Positions 27,076 to 32,000 of a DNA stretch of 32,000 nt are shown here, piece by piece. The stretch is from contig NC_007681.1 of assembly GCF_000012545.1 (NCBI RefSeq), positions 360,001-392,000 on the forward strand. The letters are read 5' to 3'. The DNA comes from Methanosphaera stadtmanae DSM 3091. GTDB lineage: Archaea > Methanobacteriota > Methanobacteria > Methanobacteriales > Methanobacteriaceae. The notes under the pieces are model-generated. The model worked only from the letters and a program-made list of their open reading frames with translations. It was not told where the DNA came from and searched no databases. The position numbers were made by a program, and so were the translations under genes. Each line of letters starts with the position of its first letter. The first letter of the stretch is position 1.

Positions 27076-29373
27076 ATGAATTATGTTAAAGTTTTTGAAA
27101 AATTAGGTAAGGAAGACATACCTATAGCAGGAGGTAAAGGTGCAAATCTTGGTGAATTAACAAATGCAGGAATTCCTGTACCACCAGGTTTTGTAATAAC
27201 CTCTGAAACATACAATAAATTCATAACTAAAACTGGAATAATCAATCAAATTAATGATATGTTAAATGGTTTAGATATTAATGATACATTAGAATTACAA
27301 AAAGTAGCTGATGATATTAAAAATCTAATTATAACAACAGACATACCAGATGATATTCAACGTGTAATTATTGAAGCTTATAATGCGTTATGTTTAAAAG
27401 TAGATTTAGATGAAGTAGTAGTAGCAATAAGATCATCTGCAACAGCAGAAGATTTACCTGATGCTTCATTTGCAGGACAACAAGAAACATATTTAAATAT
27501 TTCTGGAATAGATGATGTTTTAGAAAATGTAAGAAAATGTTGGGCTTCTTTATTTGAAGCAAGAGCAATATTTTACAGAGAAGAAAATGAATTTGATCAT
27601 TCAAAAGTATTAATTGCAGTTGTAGTTCAACAAATGGTTGACTCTGAAAAAGCAGGTGTAATGTTCACTGTAGATCCATCTACAGGAGCAGAAGAAATGC
27701 TAATTGAAGGAGCATGGGGACTTGGAGAAGGTGTAGTTTCTGGTATAGTAACTCCAGATACTTGTCGTTATGATAAAATAAATGATAAAGTAAAATCATA
27801 CCTTGTAAATACTAAAAAAACCATGTTTACTAAAGATTCTAAAACAGGTTCAACAATTCAAATAGATGTTCCAGATGATCTAAAAGATAAAAAAGTTTTA
27901 GAAGATAGTGATATTGAACAATTAGTAACACTTGGTAGAAGAATACAAAAACATTATGGTGCTCCAATGGACACTGAATGGGGTGTTGAAAATGGTAAAG
28001 TTTACATGTTACAAGCAAGACCTATTACAACACTTGATGTTATTCCAGAAGATACTCAATCTCTTGATGATGAAGAAAGAGTAATTATTACACGTGGTTT
28101 AGGTGCAAGTCCTGGATTAGTATCAGGTACAGTTAAAGTTATTAAAGAATTAGATGAACTTGATAAAATTCTAGATGGAGATATACTTGTAACTACCATG
28201 ACAACACCTGATATGGTACCTGCTATGAAAAGAGCAAATGGTATTGTAACAGATGAAGGTGGAGTAACATGTCATGCAGCAATTATTTCAAGAGAACTTG
28301 GAATTCCATGTGTATCTGGAACAGGTGAAGCTACTTCAGTTCTTAAAGAAAATACTAAAGTTACAATCGATGGTAAAAAGGGTATAGTGTATGAAGGAGA
28401 CTTTGGTGGAGATAAAGATTCTGAAGAATCAACAACCACTCAAACAAATGTATCTGCAGCTCCATTAATAACAGTTACTGATGTAAAAGTAAATGTAAGT
28501 ATGGCAGAAGCAGCTAAAAAAGCATATGCTACTGGTGCTGATGGAGTAGGATTACTTAGAACTGAACATATGATGTTAGCAACAGGAACAGTACCATATA
28601 AATTCATAGATGAAGGAAGAGAAGATGAACTTGTAAAAGTATTAGTGGATAATATTTTAAAAGTAGTTGATGTTTTCTATCCAAAAACAGTATGGTATAG
28701 AACACTTGATGCACCAACTGATGAATTCAAAACATTAGAAGGTGGAGAAAATGAACCTGATGAAGCAAATCCTATGCTTGGTTGGAGAGGAATAAGAAGG
28801 GAAATTGATCAACCTGATATTCTTAAAGCAGAATTTAAGGCAATTAAAAAATTACATGAACAAGGTTATACTAATGTGGGTGTAATGTTACCTTTATTAC
28901 ATAAACCTGAAGAATTACGTCAAGCAAAAGAAATTGCTAGAAGTGTAGGTTTAGAACCTCATAAAGATGTTGACTTTGGTATGATGGTTGAAACACCAGC
29001 AGCTGCGATAATTATTGAAGATTTCATAGCAGAAGGTCTTGACTTTATAAGCTTTGGAACAAATGATTTAACACAATATACCTTAGCTTTAGATAGGAAT
29101 AATGAATTAGTAGCAAAACATTATTCTGAAGCACATCCAGCAATAATTAAATTACTTAAAAGTGTAATTAAAAAATGTAAAGCAGCTGGAGTAACAACAA
29201 GTATCTGTGGTCAAGCAGGTAGTAAACCTGAAATTGTTGAAATATTAGTAGAAGCAGGTATTGATAGTATTTCTGCAAATACTGATGCAGTTCCAACAAT
29301 TAGAAAAATTGTTGCTAAAGTAGAGAAAAAAATCATGCTCGAAGCAGCTAAAAAAGCATTAATGGATGAATAA
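27076..29373 (+). CDS. ppsA: Phosphoenolpyruvate synthase (pyruvate, water dikinase)
   Basis: 765 aa with an N-terminal ATP-grasp region (…GGKGANLGELTNAGIPVPPGFVIT…), a phosphohistidine swivel motif (GGVTCHAAIISRELGIPCV) and a C-terminal PEP-utilising TIM barrel (…GLLRTEHM…FISFGTNDLTQYTLA…). Confidence 0.93.
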   Translation: MNYVKVFEKLGKEDIPIAGGKGANLGELTNAGIPVPPGFVITSETYNKFITKTGIINQINDMLNGLDINDTLELQKVADDIKNLIITTDIPDDIQRVIIEAYNALCLKVDLDEVVVAIRSSATAEDLPDASFAGQQETYLNISGIDDVLENVRKCWASLFEARAIFYREENEFDHSKVLIAVVVQQMVDSEKAGVMFTVDPSTGAEEMLIEGAWGLGEGVVSGIVTPDTCRYDKINDKVKSYLVNTKKTMFTKDSKTGSTIQIDVPDDLKDKKVLEDSDIEQLVTLGRRIQKHYGAPMDTEWGVENGKVYMLQARPITTLDVIPEDTQSLDDEERVIITRGLGASPGLVSGTVKVIKELDELDKILDGDILVTTMTTPDMVPAMKRANGIVTDEGGVTCHAAIISRELGIPCVSGTGEATSVLKENTKVTIDGKKGIVYEGDFGGDKDSEESTTTQTNVSAAPLITVTDVKVNVSMAEAAKKAYATGADGVGLLRTEHMMLATGTVPYKFIDEGREDELVKVLVDNILKVVDVFYPKTVWYRTLDAPTDEFKTLEGGENEPDEANPMLGWRGIRREIDQPDILKAEFKAIKKLHEQGYTNVGVMLPLLHKPEELRQAKEIARSVGLEPHKDVDFGMMVETPAAAIIIEDFIAEGLDFISFGTNDLTQYTLALDRNNELVAKHYSEAHPAIIKLLKSVIKKCKAAGVTTSICGQAGSKPEIVEILVEAGIDSISANTDAVPTIRKIVAKVEKKIMLEAAKKALMDE

Positions 29374-29661
29374 TTACTTTAAAAGAATAAACACTCTTCA
29401 CCACCCATTATTTTTTTAGAAAAATAATTACATATTTTTTTAAACATATCATTTTTTTTATAAATTATTTGGGAATTTCTATTTTTAAATTTATTGTATA
29501 ATTAAAAAAATTAGATATATTGTATTATACAGTTTGGATATTGTAGGTTTAATGTATGAATTCTATTTTTTTGTATCATGTTGTTGTCTAAGATATATCT
29601 ATTAAAAACTATATATTTTATAATGATTATATTAACTAAAATTTTTTTTATAGGTTAAAGA

Positions 29662-30831
29662 ATGTTTGATAAAGGAAGAAGTAAGGAAGATGTATTTAGG
29701 GATTTAAATGTTTTTCATAATATGGATATGAAGTATAGTTCAGGTAGAATATTAGGTTCTATGTGTACAAAACCAGATCCTGTGGGATTAGAAGCATATA
29801 AAATGTTTATTGAAACTAATCTTGGGGATCCTGGTTTGTTTAAAGGTACTGCTTTAATGGAACAAGAGGTTATTAATTCTCTTGGTAACTTATTACATCT
29901 AAAGAATCCTTGTGGTCATATTGTAACTGGTGGTACTGAGGCTAATATTATGGCAATGTGTGTTGCAAAGTATCTATATGAAGAAGAAAATGAGGGTACT
30001 CCTGAGTTAATTCTACCAAAAAGTGCTCATTTTTCATTTAAAAAGGTACTGTCTATGTTGTCTGTTAAACCAGTTTATGTTCCATTGAATAATGAATATA
30101 AAATAGATGTTACAAAATTACCTGATTTAATAACTGATAATACCATGGCAATGGTTGGTATTGCTGGTACTACTGAGTTAGGATTGGTTGATGATATTCC
30201 CGAAATATCAAAAATTGCAAAATCATATGGAGTATATCTACATGTGGATGCTGCACTTGGTGGATTTATAATACCCTTTTTAAATTATAAAAATAACAAT
30301 CAATTAAACTTTGACTTTAAGTGTAAAGGTGTATCTTCCATAACTATAGATCCACATAAAATGGGACTTGCACCAGTTCCATCAGGTGGAATTATATTTA
30401 GGAAGAAAAAATATCTTGAAAAATTATCAATTAAAACACCATACCTAACAAAGGACAAACAAACAACAATAGTAGGTACAAGAACAGGAGCATCAACAGC
30501 AGCAACATGGACATTATTAAACTACCATGGAATGGAAGGATATAAAAAAATAGTTGAAAAAGTAATAAATCTAACAACATACACATACAACAAATTAAAT
30601 AAAAATAAACACGTTACAATAATACATAAACCAGAATTAAATATAATATCATTTAAGGTAGACAATATTGATGTTGACACACTACAAAAACAACTACAGG
30701 CATATGGATGGATAGTATCATTGGCTGAATATCCTCATGTAATTAGATTAGTTTTAATGCCACATATAAAAAAAGAACATATTGATGAATTTCTAGTGGA
30801 TCTTGATATAATAATACAAAAAAATAGATAG
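29662..30831 (+). CDS. mfnA: PLP-dependent L-tyrosine/L-aspartate decarboxylase (methanofuran / CoA precursor synthesis)
   Basis: 389 aa, …SGRILGSMCTKPDP…TGGTEANIMA…HVDAALGGF…SITIDPHKMG… (PLP-lysine in the HK motif). Size and pattern match archaeal MfnA. Confidence 0.85.
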   Translation: MFDKGRSKEDVFRDLNVFHNMDMKYSSGRILGSMCTKPDPVGLEAYKMFIETNLGDPGLFKGTALMEQEVINSLGNLLHLKNPCGHIVTGGTEANIMAMCVAKYLYEEENEGTPELILPKSAHFSFKKVLSMLSVKPVYVPLNNEYKIDVTKLPDLITDNTMAMVGIAGTTELGLVDDIPEISKIAKSYGVYLHVDAALGGFIIPFLNYKNNNQLNFDFKCKGVSSITIDPHKMGLAPVPSGGIIFRKKKYLEKLSIKTPYLTKDKQTTIVGTRTGASTAATWTLLNYHGMEGYKKIVEKVINLTTYTYNKLNKNKHVTIIHKPELNIISFKVDNIDVDTLQKQLQAYGWIVSLAEYPHVIRLVLMPHIKKEHIDEFLVDLDIIIQKNR

Positions 30832-30853
30832 TGGTTTTAGTAGTGAATAAGAT

Positions 30854-31054
30854 TTATCCACCATAGATTACTTTAATGATTTCTAATTCATCACCATTTT
30901 TTACTTTTTCATCTTCAGTTACAGTATCACCATTTAATTTAACAACAACTGTTTCAATAGGTATTTCTTCTTTTTTTAAAATATCTGCAATAGTTGTGTT
31001 TTCACTAATTTCAATATCTTTAATATCTTTTTTATTGATTAATTTTATAGTCAT
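30854..31054 (-). CDS. ThiS/MoaD-fold ubiquitin-like small protein ending in Gly-Gly (SAMP/TtuB-like sulfur carrier)
   Basis: 66 aa ending …ELEIIKVIYGG followed by the stop. Its start lies 3 nt downstream of the stop of the PP-loop thiolase gene. Confidence 0.75.
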   Translation of the reverse strand: MTIKLINKKDIKDIEISENTTIADILKKEEIPIETVVVKLNGDTVTEDEKVKNGDELEIIKVIYGG

Positions 31055-31057
31055 ATT

Positions 31058-32000
31058 TTATTCTCCTATTTTTTCATAGATTTTCTCTAGGAATTTACAT
31101 GATTTACAAATATCTTGAGAAGCAGGTTCACCACACTTTTTACAGGTACCATTAGGTTTTCCAGTATGATTTGCCATATACTCCTTTTTAATTGCAGGTT
31201 TTATTTTTTCAAAACCATTGAGTATTGAATACATGATTGTTGGATGTTTTAGTGTAGTTTCTCTTATAAAATCACCTATTTCCATTCTAAATGATTCATG
31301 TGCATATGGACATCCATCAAAATGTACTTCAAATCCGCTTTCTAAAACATATAATCCTATTTCTTTTTCAGGTATTTTACGCAGTGGCTTTATTTTCTGT
31401 GTAAAACGTTTATCTTGGGAGAGTGTTTTATAGCCAATTCTTACCATATTATTAACGTTACCTTCTAAGTAATTCATAACAATACTTTGGGTTTCATCAT
31501 CAAGATTATGTCCTGTTGCAAGTTTTGTTGCATTAACATCCCTTGCCACTTGATTAAATATTTGTCTTCTAAATACACCACAATATGTACAGGCATGTTG
31601 TGCATCATTACATTTTGCTTCAGCTTCCATTATTTTATCAATAGTGAAGTTGTACTTATCTTTAAATGAAACAATATGATGTTTAATATCAAGTGCCTTT
31701 GCAGTTTCCTTAGCTATTCTAATACCCTCTTCACGATATCCACTAATACCTTCATCTATAGTAACTGCTTCTAGTGTAATTATATTTTTTTCCTTAAGAA
31801 TATTCAATATCTTAAGTAGTGCTACACTATCTTTTCCACCAGATAACCCTACAAGAACCTTATCACCTTTTGTAACTAATTTTTCTTTCTTAATAGTTCT
31901 AAGTACTTGTTTTTCAATGGATTTTCTAAAACATTTACTACATAATTTCTGTCCATTGTATTTTCTATGGATAACTACATGTTTGCTTCCACATTGTGTA
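31058..32000 (-). CDS. PP-loop ATPase tRNA 2-thiolation protein (TtuA / NcsA-Ncs6 family, TIGR00269-like). The N-terminus lies beyond the right edge.
   Basis: The ORF-track start (a TTG at 31807) is internal. Manual translation stays open to position 32000: …[65 protein letters not shown]… with the SGGKDS PP-loop. Cluster and zinc cysteines are present ([18 protein letters not shown]-terminal [18 protein letters not shown]). Confidence 0.85.
   Translation of the reverse strand, partial: TQCGSKHVVIHRKYNGQKLCSKCFRKSIEKQVLRTIKKEKLVTKGDKVLVGLSGGKDSVALLKILNILKEKNIITLEAVTIDEGISGYREEGIRIAKETAKALDIKHHIVSFKDKYNFTIDKIMEAEAKCNDAQHACTYCGVFRRQIFNQVARDVNATKLATGHNLDDETQSIVMNYLEGNVNNMVRIGYKTLSQDKRFTQKIKPLRKIPEKEIGLYVLESGFEVHFDGCPYAHESFRMEIGDFIRETTLKHPTIMYSILNGFEKIKPAIKKEYMANHTGKPNGTCKKCGEPASQDICKSCKFLEKIYEKIGE

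Noticed and set aside
30876-31669. Plus-strand ORFs lie antisense to the SAMP-like and thiolase genes (30876-31079, 31218-31433, 31487-31669).
   Set aside because: They are overlapped by genes with clear PP-loop, Cys and GG-terminus signatures, so they are antisense artefacts.

Overview
This is a very AT-rich chromosome segment (roughly 30% GC by eye) from a methanogenic archaeon of the Methanobacteriales type. Gene content, Asn-rich proteins and the MCR gene layout fit Methanosphaera or Methanobrevibacter, but that cannot be proven without a database search.

Gene order, left to right:
- a truncated mmp10-like radical SAM gene (- strand, runs off the left edge)
- an orphan mcrC followed 14 nt later by a complete mtrEDCBAFGH operon, with an actin/Hsp70-fold (ASKHA-like) ATPase gene appended 4 nt after mtrH
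- htpX (-), a cobY-like nucleotidyltransferase, a small PRC-barrel-like protein, and sufC-sufB (-)
- mvhDGA [NiFe] hydrogenase with no mvhB
- an opposite-strand, extremely AT-rich ORF that looks like BioB/HydE but has a truncated radical-SAM cysteine motif
- an mrtBDGA-type methyl-CoM reductase operon with no C gene
- a Zn-ribbon / Q-N-repeat / two-helix membrane protein
- pyrC (-), a TmcAL-like HIGH-motif nucleotidyltransferase overlapping an FKBP PPIase, pcc1-like (-), rpl10e, ppsA and mfnA
- a GG-terminated ThiS/SAMP-like gene coupled to a PP-loop tRNA thiolase (-, runs off the right edge)

I recognised no rRNA, tRNA, CRISPR array, transposase or integrase.

The points most worth follow-up are:
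1. The AT-rich block that sits where mvhB lies in Methanothermobacter, with its degenerate radical-SAM-like ORF.
2. The ATPase gene fused to the corrinoid methyltransferase operon.
3. The apparent remnant of an MCR-I locus: mmp10 and mcrC kept, mcrB/D/G/A gone.
4. Strong codon bias in mvh and mrt that is absent from mtr.
5. The Q/N-rich tandem-repeat membrane protein.
6. Several non-random repeat or hairpin structures in unusually long intergenic regions.

All functional calls come from motif and family recognition by eye. No searches were run.
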